DNA of 62,406 nucleotides, filler included, from Chiloscyllium plagiosum (GCF_004010195.1; 4 parts of one record of this genome joined end to end with filler, not necessarily neighbours in it); one strand, 5' to 3'; shown: positions 1-13,220, counted from the whole stretch's first letter. The notes: generated by a model from the letters alone, not told the origin. Made by a program: numbers and translations.

Positions 1-236
1 ACCTTCATCTCCTCCCCCACTCACCTATTGTACTCTATTCTACTCTCTCCCCACTCCCATCCTCCTCTAGCTTATCTCTCCACGCTTCAGGCTCTCTGCC
101 TTTATTCCTGATGAAGGGCTTTTGCCCGAAACGTCGATTTTGCTGAAGCTCCTCGATGCTGCCTGAATTGCTGTGCTCTTCCAGCACCATTGATCCAGAA
201 TCTGGTTTCCAGCATCTGCAGTCATTGTTTTTACCT
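1..236 (+). mobile_element. Penelope-like element (family A) 3' end with intact hammerhead-like motif
   Basis: C-rich tract, then CTGATGAAGGGCTTTTGCCCGAAACGTC (108-135) and the GATGCTGCCTGA...TTCCAGCA...CAGCATCTGCAGTC tail. The same tail is attached to PLE RT sequence at 44489-45370. Confidence 0.8.
108..135 (+). ncRNA. Minimal type-I hammerhead ribozyme-like motif (PLE family A)
   Basis: CUGAUGA-A-GGGC(UUUU)GCCC-GAAA-CG-UC. Core is complete, with a palindromic ACGU stem III and only a weak stem I. Confidence 0.65.
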
Positions 237-601
237 TTTTCTATTCGGAGCACAGCTTTGACCATGCATTATTTTTTATGTTCCCTCACGTTTTCAGTAG
301 TCTTGAATCATACTAGTTAATCAGCATTATACCACTGCATTCAACAGATGATAGATACCCTGCTCCAGGGGCTCCAGATTTCATATCCTCCATTATGAAC
401 CCGCCTTAGCAATGACATTGAAAATTCAACAATTATCAAGTAGCTTGATTCTGCCAAGTTCAAAGTGGTTTTTGTGCCACCTATTTTGATTAAAGGCCCT
501 GACAATACATACCCTGTGTTTAAACAATAAGTGTTTTCACAACAACAATTTTTATTGTTTTATTGCTACACTTTTAATGTAGTGAAATGTTCCCAGACAC
601 T

Positions 602-969
602 TATTCAATGAATATTCAGCTCGTTAGTGATGCTCATTCTAGTCTGCTATCCTATCAATTTGCTGCTGTATCATCATTCTGTATGAGACTGCATGCTACT
701 CTCAAATTATGACTTTTTTCGTTCTCTGACAGTCAAAAACACCTGCACTTTTCCGTCAGAGTAATGTGTCAGGGCAGTTGCTTGGAGACCAAGGTTACCC
801 GCCTCAACCAGAACTGATAATATTACTCCATTGTCAGAGGACAGATGGTGACAGCAGATTTAGTAAAGCCTTGTATGCTGCATACAGTATTATTGAACAG
901 ATCATTGGTATGCTGAAGTCCCATTTTCATTTCCAAGATCAGTGCTTCCCAACTCATTTCCCACTGTGA
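602..969 (+). pseudogene. PIF/Harbinger (HARBI1-like DDE) transposase relic
   Basis: YSMNIQLVSDA at 602 and LLGDQGYP...IIEQIIGMLKSHF in ORF 766-969 match the S.N.Q.V.D, LLGD.GYP and IE...G.LK.RF motifs. The frame is disrupted. Confidence 0.7.
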
Positions 970-1173
970 CCCATTTTGAGTCTTGATAATTGTCACACTT
1001 CCTCAGTGAGAACTGTGAGAATGGAGAAGAGATGGATGTGAGAGTGGGGGCTTGTTAGAGGGCATGTAGCTATTTTAACTGAATTGGAGCTCCATGGCAG
1101 CCATTGCTGTCTTGTGAACCTAAATTTTCAGCTTTCAACCCCAATGTGGTTCCAAATCCTGCTTGGGCAAACT

Positions 1174-1300
1174 CTGAAGAAGGGCTTCTGCCTGAAACGT
1201 CAATTCTCCTGCTCCTTGGATGCTGCCTGACCTGCTGCACTTTTCCAGCAACACATTTTTCAGTTCTGATCTCCAGCATCTGCAGTCCTCACTTTCTCCC
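1174..1300 (+). mobile_element. PLE family A short insertion
   Basis: Begins at the hammerhead core CTGAAGA (1174-1201). TSD CTTGGGCAAACTCTG at 1162-1176 and 1301-1315. Confidence 0.8.
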
Positions 1301-2159
1301 CTTGGGCAAACTCTGGCCTAGACAGTTCAATGCTACCAAGCTGTGTGCAGTGTAACTATACACGTGCAAAAATATTTGATCTTCGCAAAAGGTGAGAGAA
1401 AAATGTGTAGTCCAATAATATCTTAATGAAGACAGAGGTACCCAGTTAACCTAGGAGATGAAGCCCCACACAAAATTAGGTAAAAACACATTAGAGGAAA
1501 GGAGCTGCTCAATCTTCACAAACCATAATGCCATTGTTGAGAGGCATCTTTGCAATATTCACAGCTATTATTTCCATCTGTGATACATCAATGTCTGTCA
1601 AGGACATTTAAAACTAACATCAACCCAAATTAAAGATAAACTGTAAACCTTTGTAAGATATAATCCACTGACATGCCAATTTGCAAAATAATTATGTATT
1701 TGCTGATGATGGTAATAATGTAATTTTGCGATTTCTGAGTATTGTTGCTACCCCTGTACTTAAATATTTTCCTGCCATGAACTTAATTTATTTTGTAGTT
1801 TACATTGGTGTCAGAAGTTTCTGGTGTTTGTTTGAAATTTCACTGATCAAGCCTTCAACAAAAAGATCAATGATACTTCTGTTATTTAACATTGTTTCAA
1901 TGCCAGGGAGTTTGGGCATCCATAACCTATTCTGACAAAGGCTAGATCATCTTTATAATGCCACCACTCATATGGTTTGCCATTATTTCCACTAATATTG
2001 GGCATGGACTAAACTGGACTAATTGTTTCCATGAGACTAGATAGAATGTTTTCAATTAAGCTGTGAAAGCTGTAGTGCTATTGTAAACATTTCACAAAAA
2101 TCTATGAAGTCAGTCATGTCTCCACATCCTGCTTGTTGCTGCAGAAATCGCTTCAACTT

Positions 2160-4320
2160 ATTTTTAATTCACATGTGGGATATGGGCATCACTGGCTGGC
2201 TAGCATTTATTGCTTATCCCTAGTTGTCTTTGAGAAGGTGAGCTGCCTCCTTGAACTGCTGCAGTCCATGTGCTCTAAGTAGACCCACAAATTCATTAGA
2301 GTGGGAATCTCAGGATTTTAACCTGTGACAATGAAGGAACAGTGATATATTTCCAAGTCAGGAAGGTGAGTGGCTTAAAGGTGAAACATGGCCATGTTTC
2401 CATGTGTCCGTGGTCCTTGCTCTTTTAGATGGGCATAGTCCTAGGTTTGGTGGGTGCTGTCTCAGGATCTTTGGCAAATTTCTGGCAGTGAGTGCATCTT
2501 ATAAATCATACACACTGCTGCTACTGAGCATTGGTAATGAAGCAAGTGGATACTTGTGGGTGTGGTGCCAGTGAACAGGCTGCTTTGTCGAGGATGGTAT
2601 CAAGCTCCTTGAATGTTGTTGGAGCTACACTTCAGTAAGATGTATTCCATCACATTCCTGACTGTGCCTTGTGGTCAATCTTTGAGGATTCAGGAGATGA
2701 GTTACTCGCTGCAGTATTCTTAGCCCCTGACCTGTTCTTCTGGCCACTCTATTTATTTGGTGATTCTAGTTGAGTTTCTAGTCAATGTTAACGCCGTGGA
2801 TGTTGATTGTGGAAGATTCAATGATGGTAACACCATTGAATGCCAAGGGGCTATGGTTAGATTGTCTCTTATTAGAGATGGTCGATGCCTGGTTATTTAT
2901 GTGGCGTAAATGTTACTTGCTACTTGTTAGTCCTAGTCTACATATTTAAGATCTTGTTACATTTGAACATGGACTGGTTCAGTATCTGAGGAGTTGCGAA
3001 TGCTGCTGAACATTGTGTACTCATTGGTAAATGTCCCCACTTCTGTCCTTATAATGGAGGGAAGGTCATTGATGAAGCAGCTAAAGATGTTTGGGCCACT
3101 CCTGTAGAGGTTGCTGACCCTCAGCAACCACAACCATCTTCCTATGTGCCAGATATGACTCCAACCAGTGGAGAGTTGATTGATTCCCATTGATTCCACT
3201 TTTGCTCGGGTTCATTGATGCCTGACTGAGTGAAATGCATCCTTGAAGTCAAGGCTATCACAGGTTTCTCATTTCTTCAGCTCTTTTGTTCATGTTTGAA
3301 CCAAGGCTACAATGAGGTCAGGAGCTGAGTAGCCCTGGCAGAACTCAAACTGGGCATGAGTTAGAAGGTTTTTGCTAAGTAGGCGCTCTTTGACAGCATA
3401 GTTGATTATATCTTCCAGCACTTTATTTATGGTTGAGAGTATCCTTCTGGGGTGGCAATTAGCCGAGTTGGAGTTGATCTGCTTTTTGTATGCAGGACAT
3501 ACCTGGGCAATTTCCCACATTAGCATGTAAGATGCCATGTTGTATCTGTACTGGATTAGCTTGGCCAAGTGTGCGGCAAGTTCTAATACACAAGTCTTCA
3601 GTACTATTTCTGATACGTTGTTAGGGCCCATAGCTTTTGCAGTATCCAGTGCCTTCAGCCATTTTTTGATATCAGATGGAATGAGTTAAATTGGCTGAAA
3701 ACTGGCATCTGTGATGTTGGGGTCCCCTTGAGGAGGCAAAGATGGATCATCCAGTCAGCACTTCTTGCTGAAAATTGCAGCAAATGCTTATGCTTTACCT
3801 TTTGCAGTGGTCTGATGGGCTTTTCCATCATTGACGATAGGTCTATTTGTGAAGCCATCTCCTCCAGTGAGTAGTACGATTGTCCACCACAATTCATGAT
3901 TGGATGTGGTTAGGATTGCAAAGCTTAGATCTGATTCGTTGGTTATGGGTTCGCTTAGCTCTTCCTGTCATTTGTTTCTTATGCATTTTGGCCACAAATA
4001 AGTCCTGTTTGATAGCTTCACCAAGTTGAGACCTCATTTTTAGGTATGCATGGTGCTGCTCCTGACGTGCTGTGCTCTCTCTTCATTGAACCAGTGTTGA
4101 TCCCCTGTCTTGATGTGAAATATGCTAGGCCATAAGGATGCAGATAGTGTTGGGAGTACATTTGTGCTACTGCTGCTGATGACCAACAAAGCCTCATGGA
4201 TGCTCATCATTGACAATGGTTCAATGATCATCAATATCTCGCGAGTTTTGAATGTCAGACATTCCTCTTGCACTGTGTCGCAATTAGAAGTTGTGGAATT
4301 CCTCCAACTTATCCAACAAA
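2160..4320 (-). mobile_element. CR1-superclade non-LTR retrotransposon (second LINE family), decayed RT and 3' end
   Basis: Minus-strand ORF pieces GPNNVSEIVLKTCVLELAAHLAKL...QFEFCQGYSAPDLI and GPNIFSCFINDLPSII. The 3' tail CAATAAATGCTAGCC...GATGCCCATATCCC is shared with 14170-14215. Confidence 0.8.
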
Positions 4321-5249
4321 TAAGAGGAGGCTATCTCAATATAAAATAAAGCCTCCTAAGTCTTAATATCTTTGGCTGATAGGATCAAGCAAACCCCTAA
4401 GTTTTTTATAAGTATATTAAGAGTAGGAGGATTACCAACGAAAGAGTGGGACCTGTTAGAGATCAAAGGCCAACTTCTGTGTGGAACCCGATGACATGGG
4501 TGAAGTCTTAAATGAATGTTTTTCATATGTATTCACAAAGGAGGAAGACATTGAAATTGGAGATTTCAGTTGCGATGGTGAGATTCGAGGGCATGTTAAG
4601 ACGAATAAGGAGAAATTAATAGATATTTTAGCAAGCATAAAGGTGCATAAATGCCCAGGACATGATGAGATGTATCCCAGTTTGCTGGGATATCTTGCTG
4701 GCCACAGGTAAAATGTTAGATTATTAGACAATAGATAATGTGGTTCCTTTGTTCAAGAATTGCAGCATGGATAGGTGAGGTAATTATAGATCAGTTAGTT
4801 TGATGTCAGTAGTAGGGAAATTATTGAGAAAAAAAATTGAGGGACGAGATTAATCAGCATTTTAAAAGGCAAAGCTTGAACACAGCTCATGAGCATGGAT
4901 TTGTTGGAGGGAAATCCTGTATGACTAATTTAATTCAGTGTTTAAAAAAAAAATTGACTAAGTATATTGATGAGGGTACTGCAGTTGATGTTGTTTACAT
5001 GGACTTTAGTAAGGCCTTTGGATTGGTCCCATGTGGAAGGCTGGTCCAAATGTTCAGAGCCAATGGCATTAGGGCGAGGTGGCAAACTGGATCCAAACTG
5101 ACATACAAATAGAAGGAAAAGGATGATGGTGGAGGAATGTCTTCTGTGATTTGAAAGTCTGTTACCAACAGTGTACTAGTGGGATCGCTGCTAGGAACTT
5201 AGCTGTTTGTTATGTATATTAATGACTTGTAATTAGTCAGTTTGACAAT

Positions 5250-6207
5250 GTGATTGATATGGACTTCAGTAAGGCGTTCGACAAGGTTCCCCATGGAAGA
5301 CTGATTAGCAAGGTTAGATCTCACGGAATACATGGAGAACTATCCATTTGGATACAGAACTGGTTCAAAGGTAGAAGTCAGAGGGTGGTGGTAGAGGGTT
5401 GTTTTTCAGACTGGAGGCCTGTGACCAGTGGAGTGCCACAAGGATCGGTGCTGGGTCCTCTACTTTNNNNNNNNNNNNNNNNNNNNNNNNNNNNNNNNNN
5501 NNNNNNNNNNNNNNNNNNNNNNNNNNNNNNNNNNNNNNNNNNNNNNNNNNNNNNNNNNNNNNNNNNNNNNNNNNNNNNNNNNNNNNNNNNNNNNNNNNNN
5601 NNNNNNNNNNNNNNNNNNNNNNNNNNNNNNNNNNNNNNNNNNNNNNNNNNNNNNNNNNNNNNNNNNNNNNNNNNNNNNNNNNNNNNNNNNNNNNNNNNNN
5701 NNNNNNNNNNNNNNNNNNNNNNNNNNNNNNNNNNNNNNNNNNNNNNNNNNNNNNNNNNNNNNNNNNNNNNNNNNNNNNNNNNNNNNNNNNNNNNNNNNNN
5801 NNNNNNNNNNNNNNNNNNNNNNNNNNNNNNNNNNNNNNNNNNNNNNNNNNNNNNNNNNNNNNNNNNNNNNNNNNNNNNNNNNNNNNNNNNNNNNNNNNNN
5901 NNNNNNNNNNNNNNNNNNNNNNNNNNNNNNNNNNNNNNNNNNNNNNNNNNNNNNNNNNNNNNNNNNNNNNNNNNNNNNNNNNNNNNNNNNNNAGGGTGGT
6001 ACGTGCATGGAATGAGCTTCCAGAGGAAGTGGTGGAGGCTGGTACAACTGCAACATTTAAGAGGCATTTGGATGGGTATATGAATAGGAAGGGTTTGGAG
6101 GGATATGGGTCTGGTGCTGGCAGGTGGGACTAGATTGAGTTGGAATATCTGGTTGGCATGGACGGTTTGGACCAAAGAGTCTGTTTCCAGGCTATACATC
6201 TCTATGA
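5250..6207 (+). mobile_element. Younger 5'-truncated CR1 (HER1-like) nested in older CR1; spans a gap
   Basis: MDFSKAFDKVPHGRL...[13 protein letters not shown] before the gap; RVVRAWNELPEEVVEA and the CR1 3' tail after it. Confidence 0.85.
5467..5992. other. Assembly gap (526 N)
   Basis: Run of N. Confidence 1.
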
Positions 6208-6254
6208 CATGAATATTGGTGGTGTTGTTGATAGTGGTCTCAGGTTGAATTATA

Positions 6255-6578
6255 TTAGAATCCCTACAATGTGGAAACAGGCCCTTCAGTCCAACAAGTC
6301 CATACCGACCCTCCAAAGTAACCCACCCAGACCCATTCCCCTATTCTATCACCTATATTTATACCTAACTAATGCCCCTAACCTACACATCCCTGAACAA
6401 TTCACCTAAACTGCACATCTTTGGATTGTGGGAGGAAACCGGAGCACTCAGGGAAGACCCACGCAGACATTGGGAGAATGTGCAAACTTCACACAGACAG
6501 TCGCCCGAGGCTGGAATCGAGCCCAGGTGCCTGGCATTGTGAGGCAGCAGTGCTAACCACTGAGCCACCATGCTGCCC
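6255..6578 (-). mobile_element. HE1-type tRNA-derived SINE
   Basis: Reverse complement of the copies at 31288 and 60637: A/B-box head, central domain and CR1-derived tail. Confidence 0.85.
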
Positions 6579-9002
6579 TTGCAATCTGATACAGATCAGC
6601 TGGTAAATTGGGAAGAGCAATGGCAGATGAAATTTAATCCTAATAAGTGTGAGGTGATGCATTAATAAAGGAAGTATGTATGCAATAAATTATAGTTCAC
6701 TAGAGAATACCGAAGAACAAAGATCCCTGAAGGTGTCATCACAGGTAGAGAGAGTGCTGAAATAGACATATGGAGTGCTTGCCTTCATTAATCAGCAAAT
6801 ACATTTTGTGACGACTTTATAAAACATTGGTTTGGCCACAAATTGAATACTGTGTTCACTTATGGTTGCCAAATTATCAAAATATATGTTTGCACTGGAG
6901 CATGTGCAGAGCAGGATTGAACAGGATGTTGCCTGGGATGAAATGTTTCAGTTATGAGGACAGACTGGATAGGCTGGGTTTGATCTCTTTGAAGTAAAGG
7001 AGGCTGAGTGAGTATACAAAATTGAGAGGTATAGGCAGGGTAGATTGTGAGAATCCTTTCCCCATGGGAGACATATCTAGGACCAGATGGCAGAGGTTTA
7101 AGGCGAGAAGTGATTTACGGAAGATATGAGAAAAAAAATTGAACATGCTGCCTGAGAGGGTGGTGGAAGCATCATTTTGCAACATTTAGGAAATATCTGG
7201 ATGAGCACTTCAAATGGCAAGTGTAGTAGGCTACGGACCTCGTTCAGATATATGGCATTAGTGTAGTTTGGTGCTTATTGGTCACCTTAAGTATTCTTCT
7301 CCTGCCATTATACTCCTGTACGGCTTCACTTGATCCCTGTTGTCTATACCTGACATATGCTTACTTCTTTTTCTTGACTAAAATCTTAATTTCTCTAGTC
7401 ATCCCTATACCTACCAGCCTTGCCCCTCACCCTAACAATAGCAAATTCTCTGGACTCTATTGAAAGACTTCTCTATTATTTCATTATTCCACTATTAGTG
7501 ACAATTATATATTATTCAATGGATACCTCAGATCTTCAATAGCATTTAGCTATAAGTGCGACATTAATCAGGTTCAGTGGGGATTTTTTTTTACTGTAGC
7601 ACAACAGGTTATGCAACTATAAATGTGTATATTTTCAGAGCGAATGGAGAGAGTGCACATGTAATTAAGCACTTTTTTTTGACCTACACTAGATGTCAAT
7701 CAACTAAACATTTTCTCATCATCCAGAATTTGCTGAAGAAGGGTATCTCATGGTGTGGCCCATTCAACTTTAAACATGCACCTGTCAGCTCAAATAGTTT
7801 AATTTAAAGACAGGCAGATTTGGGGTTAGTGAAAGTTTAAAGCATTAAAAATCTGAATCCCAACACCAACTCACCCATTCCTGATTTTAACTGAATCCTA
7901 ATGGGTGCAGTGGTTACATATTCCTCCCAAGAGGTACATTGGCAATTTAAAATACAATAGAAATTGGTTTGTGCCTCATTTGTATCCGTAATTAATGACT
8001 GAATTCTAACAGTGAGGTTTTCCCTGCCTTGAGAGATTCAGTAACATCAGGAAGGCAAATGCTGATGAATTTATAGCAAATGTTTACTGTGTGATATAAC
8101 TGAAATTATATATTGAAAAAGACCTGGATTGTTTGTTCAGTCTCTCATGGTTTAGAATGACCATGTTGGTTTCAGTTCTTTCATATGTGAATCGCAAAAC
8201 CTTTTTTTTTGAAAGTTACATTCTCAAGTGAATTTTAACAATTGGTATCATGAGGCAAATGCATTTCTAATTTATAGCTAGCCCAATGAGTCATCAGCTT
8301 TCAAATCTTTCACACCGCAATAGTCATTGCCTTGTCAGTCATCTAATCCTACCCCCTCTCCAATTCAGCACCTCCATTTTCTGTTCCTTAAGCTTCCTTG
8401 CTCGATCTTGTACCAGCCACTGATTCTCCAACACCTCCCACCACTCCCCCTTGCCAAGTCCAATCCATTTTCTTCAGCATTCCGCACTTAACTGAAGGTC
8501 AAACCTGTCAACCAAGCTGATTTTGACAAGAGTCATGGAGTCATTTGGGAAGATGACTGGTTTGTTGCAGCTCCACGAATTGCTTTTCATACCTGGAAAT
8601 CAAAAAGTTAAAATTCGCCAATGATCTTGTCTTTGTCTCAGAAATGGATTGGGGCAAGTGGTATAAGCTGAATGAGGTATTCTTTAATCACCAGCAAACC
8701 AATTCAATGCTAAAACATTTTAATAACCCAGTAACATTATTTGAAATATGTGAAGACATGCATACACATACCGATTTCAAAATAATGTTGAAATCATGAT
8801 GCGACTCCAAAATAAATGAAGAAATGAACAAGACATTGGTGAGCAGCAGAAACTTAGAAGGAACTATGAGGAGTAAAATCTTACTCCAAGTGGGAAGAGA
8901 CAGTGAATGGAATAAAAGGAGAAATGACTAACCTCGGCAGGGAAGCCTAAGAACCAGGATGTCCAGAGATCAGTCTTCAAAAGAGTCATAAAAACATACA
9001 GC

Positions 9003-10268
9003 ATGGAAAAGGCATGGGCCTATAGACCAGTGAGCTTGACATCAGTGGTGGGCAAGTTGTTTGAGGAGCTCCTGAAGGACAGGATTTACATGTATTTGGA
9101 AAGACAAGTACTGATTAGGGATAGTCAACATGGTTTTGTGCATGGGGAATCGTGTCTCACTAACTTAATTGAAATTTTAAAGAAGTAATGAAGAGAATTA
9201 AAGAAGGCAGAGTGGTGGACATGATCTATATAGACTTCAGCAAGACATTTGACAAGGTTCCTCGCGGTAGACTAGTATGCAAGGTTAGTTTGCATAGAAT
9301 ACAAGGAGTACAAGCCATTGTAATATAAAATGACAGAGGAGTTGCTTTTCAGACTAGAGGCCTGTGACCAAAGGCGTGCCACAAGGATCAGTGCTAAGTC
9401 CATTCCTTTTTCTTATTTATAGAAATGATTTGGATATCTACATAGGTGATTTGGTTAGTAAGTTTGCAGATGACACCAAAATTGATAGTACAGTGGACAG
9501 CTAAGAAGGGTATCTCAGTGCAATGGGATCTTGATCAGATGGAGTTTAATTTAGATAAATGCGAAGTGCTGCATTTTGGAAAGGCAAATTAGGGCAAGAC
9601 TTATATACTTAGTGGTAAGGTCCTGGGAGGTGTTGCTGAACAAAGAGACCTTGGAATGCAGGTTCCTAGTTCCTTGAAAGTGGAGTCACAGGTAGGACAG
9701 TGAGGAACGCATTGGTATGCTTGTCTTTATTGATCAGTGCATTGAGTATAGGTGTTAGGAGGTCATGTTGTGGCTGTACAGTTAACTGGTTAGACCACTT
9801 TTGGAATACTGAGTTCAGTTCTGTCTCCCTGCTATGGGAAGGATGTTGTGTAACTTGAAAGGGTTCAGAAAAGATTTACAAGAATGTTGCCAGGGTTGGA
9901 GGGTTTGAACTATGGCGAGAGGCTGAGGGCTAAAGCATTGGAGGCTGAGGGCTGACCCTGGGGTGGGGGAGTCCAGAACTGGAGGGCAGAGGTTTAGGAT
10001 GAGAGGGGAAAGATATAAAAGGGACCTAAGGGGCAACTTTTCCAAGTAGAGGGTGGTGTATGTATGGAGTGAGCGGCCAGAGGAAACGGGGAGGCTGGTA
10101 TTATTACAGCATTTAAAAGGCATCTGGATGGTTATATGAATAGGAAGGGATTAGCGGGATATGAGCCAAGTGCTGGCAAATGGGGCTCGAGTAATTTAGG
10201 ATATCTGGTTGGCCTGGATGAGTTGGACTGAAGAGTGTCTTTCTATGGTGTACAGCTCTATGATTCTA
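9003..10268 (+). mobile_element. CR1 LINE RT and 3' end, decayed
   Basis: YRPVSLTSVVGKL...DSQHGFVHGESCLTNLI, FADDTK and a CR1 tail ending CTATGATTCTA. Confidence 0.85.
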
Positions 10269-10336
10269 TCTACCTTCCCCTCAATCCCTCCACTTGCTAA
10301 TCTGCTGCTCTGGTTCCCAGCTCTCTGCCACTCCAA

Positions 10337-10515
10337 AAATCATACAATGCCAGGTTATAGTCCAATAGGTTTATTTGAAAGTGCAAGCTTTTGGAATGCT
10401 GCTCCTTCGTTAGGTAACAAGTGGTACTTTCAAATAAACCTGTTGGACTATAACCTCGTGTTGTGTGATTTATAACTTTGGTCCACCCAGTCCAACATCG
10501 GCACTCCCACATCAC
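10337..10515. mobile_element. PLE family B fold-back remnant
   Basis: Inverted arms GGTTATAGTCCAATAGGTTTATTTGAAAGT / ACTTTCAAATAAACCTGTTGGACTATAACC. Same family as 50386-50589 and 56745-56869. Confidence 0.7.
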
Positions 10516-10519
10516 TCTA

Positions 10520-10772
10520 ATTTAAACCCTCCTGAGTAGCACTAGCAAACCTTCCTGTGAGGATATTGGTTCCCCTCCAGTTTAGGTACAACATGTCCCT
10601 ATTGTAGAGGTCATCCCTGCTGCAGAAGAGGTCCCAATGATCCAACAACCTTAAACCCTATCCCGTGCACCTGCTCCTTATGCACAAATTCATCTGCCCT
10701 ATCTTTCTATTCCTTGCCTCATGAACATGTGGCTCTGGTCATAACCCAGATATTACTACCCTCAAAATCCTA
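10520..10772 (-). mobile_element. CR1 ORF1 (esterase C-terminal part) fragment
   Basis: Reverse complement resembles 43010-43250 (VVISG...DHWD.F...DL...LHLNWRGTNIL region). Confidence 0.65.
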
Positions 10773-10894
10773 ACAGTCAGAGCACATAGGTTTGACTCTC
10801 ACCGTGGCAGATGGTAAAATATGAATTTAATAATTAACTGGAATTAAAAGCTATGCAGCTATGATTTTGCAAAGGCCTTCCTGATGTATTATAA

Positions 10895-11825
10895 AGTCAT
10901 ACAGCACAGAAACAGACCCTTCAGTCTAACCAGTCCATGCCGAACATAATCCCAAACTAAGCTAGTCCCACCTGCCTGTTCCTGGCTCATATCCCTCCGA
11001 ACCTTTCCTATTCATGTAGTTATCCAAATGTCTTTTTGTAATTGTACCTACATCCACCACTTCCTCAGGAAGTTCATTCCACATGCCAACCAACCTCTGT
11101 GTAAAAAATCTGCCTGTCATGTCTTTTATTACATCTCTCTCTTCTCACCTTAAAAATGTCCCCTTTAGTATTGAAATCCTCCATCCTAGGGAAAAGACAA
11201 CTATCATTAACTCTATGGAAAATGTGTTGCTGGAAAAGCGCAGCAGGTCAGGCAGCATCCAAGGAGCAGGGGAGTCGACGTTTCGGGCATAAGCCCTGAA
11301 GAAGGGCTTTTAACTACCCTGTCTGTATGTGATGCAAATTTCAAAGAATTATGCACCTGAACCCTTTGGTATATCTGTTCCAAAACATTACCCAAGGCTC
11401 TACCATTAATTATATAAGCTCTACCCTTATTTGCTGTACCAAAATGCAATACTTCGCACTTATCCAGATTGAACTCTGTCTGCCATTTTTCAGCCCATTG
11501 ACCCATTTGATCAAGGTCCCTTTGTAATCCTAGAAAACTTTCACTGTCTACTGTGCCACTAGTTTTGGTGTTGTCCACAAACCTACTAGCCATGGCTTCT
11601 ATATTCTCATCCAAATAATTTATATAAATGACAAACAGAAGACTACCCAGAACCGATCCCTGTGGAATGTTGCTGGTGACAGGCCTCCAGTCCGAAAAGC
11701 AACCTTCCACCACTCTCTGTTTCATGTTGATATGCCAGTTATGTATCCTAATGGCAAGCTTACCCCAAATCCCATGTGACCTAACTTTACTAATTAGTCT
11801 AAATTGCGGACCATTATTGAATGTC
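10895..11825 (-). mobile_element. CR1 LINE 3' portion
   Basis: ORF 11213-11725 KQRVVEGCFSDWRPVTSNIPQGSVLG...FVDNTK. The 3' end is similar to 15940-16280. Confidence 0.85.
11217..11309 (-). mobile_element. PLE family A short insertion inside CR1
   Basis: GAAAATGTGTTGCTGGAAAAGCGCAGCAGG...GACGTTTCGGGCATAAGCCCTGAAGAAGGGC. Confidence 0.8.
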
Positions 11826-13020
11826 CTTTAAGGATGAAATCTGCTATCCATATTTGATCTGGCCTACATTTGACTTCAGCCACAGCCAGTTTGGTTGACT
11901 GTTAACTGCCCTGTAATGGCCTACAGAGCCACTCAGTTATATCGAATCAGTACAAAATCTAAACAAAGGAAAGCTGATGGACCTCTTGGGAACCAGAAAC
12001 AACAGCAACAAAAAAAACGTTCTATCGATCCTACGAAGTTGTCCTTACTACTCTTTGTGGCTTGTGCCAAAATTAGATCAACTGTCCCACAGAATACTCC
12101 AGCAACCACCTGCCATAGTCATTCTCAGGTAGTCATACATTCCAGACAATGCTCCAGATAGAGTCAGCAGAGGTAGCAGCAAAGTGGTATAGAGTTGGGA
12201 AGGATTTATCCTCCGATTTCTCAACATTGTCTCTGCACACCATGATATTTCATAGCATCTGGTCAAACATGGACAAGGAAACCTCCAGATCAGGCATATT
12301 TAAAAATGAAGTATGAACATGTTGAAGTTATAACACATGTGCCAAACAACAGAAGTAGCATGCAATCGACAGGGCTAAGCAATGCACACTAATGGATTAG
12401 ATACAAGCTCTACAATCCTGCTGTGCTGCATTCATAGTTGTGAATGGTAGAAAAATTAAACAACCAACACGAGGTGGAGTTGTACATATATCCCCATCCT
12501 TAATGATGGCAGAGTCTGACCCATAAATACAAGTTAAGGGTGAATTATTTTTCTTAATCTACAGTCAAAAATGTTGAGCTGACAATCTGTCTGGATCTCC
12601 TTCTCAGGTCACTAGCATCACAGATGCCTGTTTACAACCAATTCAGTTGGATCCATGTAATATCAAGAAATGGCTGAAGACAATGTATATTACAAAGGCC
12701 CTGACAACATTCTGCCAACAGTACTGAAGACTTGTGCTCCAGAACCAGCTGCATCCATGGCTAAACTGTTTCAGTACATTTACAGCACTGGCATCTACTC
12801 GGCAATGCAGAAAACTGGCCACGTATTCAACCTCGCCAACTATTCACGTACTTTTGATTATCAGCAGAGTTTAGTAAGGGGATATTGACAGTGCTATTAA
12901 GTGGCACTTGCAAAAGAATAATATGCTCACTGATGATCAGTTTGGTTTCCACCAGAGCCACTTGAGTCTTGACTTAATCACAGCTTTGGTCCAATATAGG
13001 CAAAAGAGCTGAATTCAACT

Positions 13021-13220
13021 CTTGCAGTGGTCGGTATATTGGGTCCAGGTCGATGTGCTTATTGATTGAATCTGTGGATGAGTGCCATGCCTCTAGGAAT
13101 TCCCTGACTGTTCTCTGTTTGGCTTGTCCCAGTAGTGTTGTCCCAGTCGAATTCATGTTGCTTGTCATCTGCGTGTGTGGCTACTAAGGATAGCTGGTCG
13201 TGTCGTTTCGTGGCTAGTTG
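13021..13220 (-). mobile_element. PLE family C fragment (GIY-YIG endonuclease C-terminus)
   Basis: QLATKRHDQLSLVATHADDKQHEFDWDNT / REFLEAWHSSTDSINKHIDLDPIY, near-identical to 15270-15475. Confidence 0.85.

Larger units (their letters stand above)
4370..7275 (+). mobile_element. Old CR1 LINE ORF2/3' end, interrupted by a younger CR1 and an HE1 SINE
   Basis: ORF pieces VLNECFSYVFTKEE, HGFVGGKSCMTNLI and VDVVYMDFSKAF. The element resumes at about 6208 and about 6580. Confidence 0.85.

Noticed and set aside
5250..6316. Long ORFs (195-312 aa) here, and similar X-rich ORFs at 14679-15557
   Set aside because: Their length comes from N runs translated as X. The real parts are CR1 or PLE fragments.
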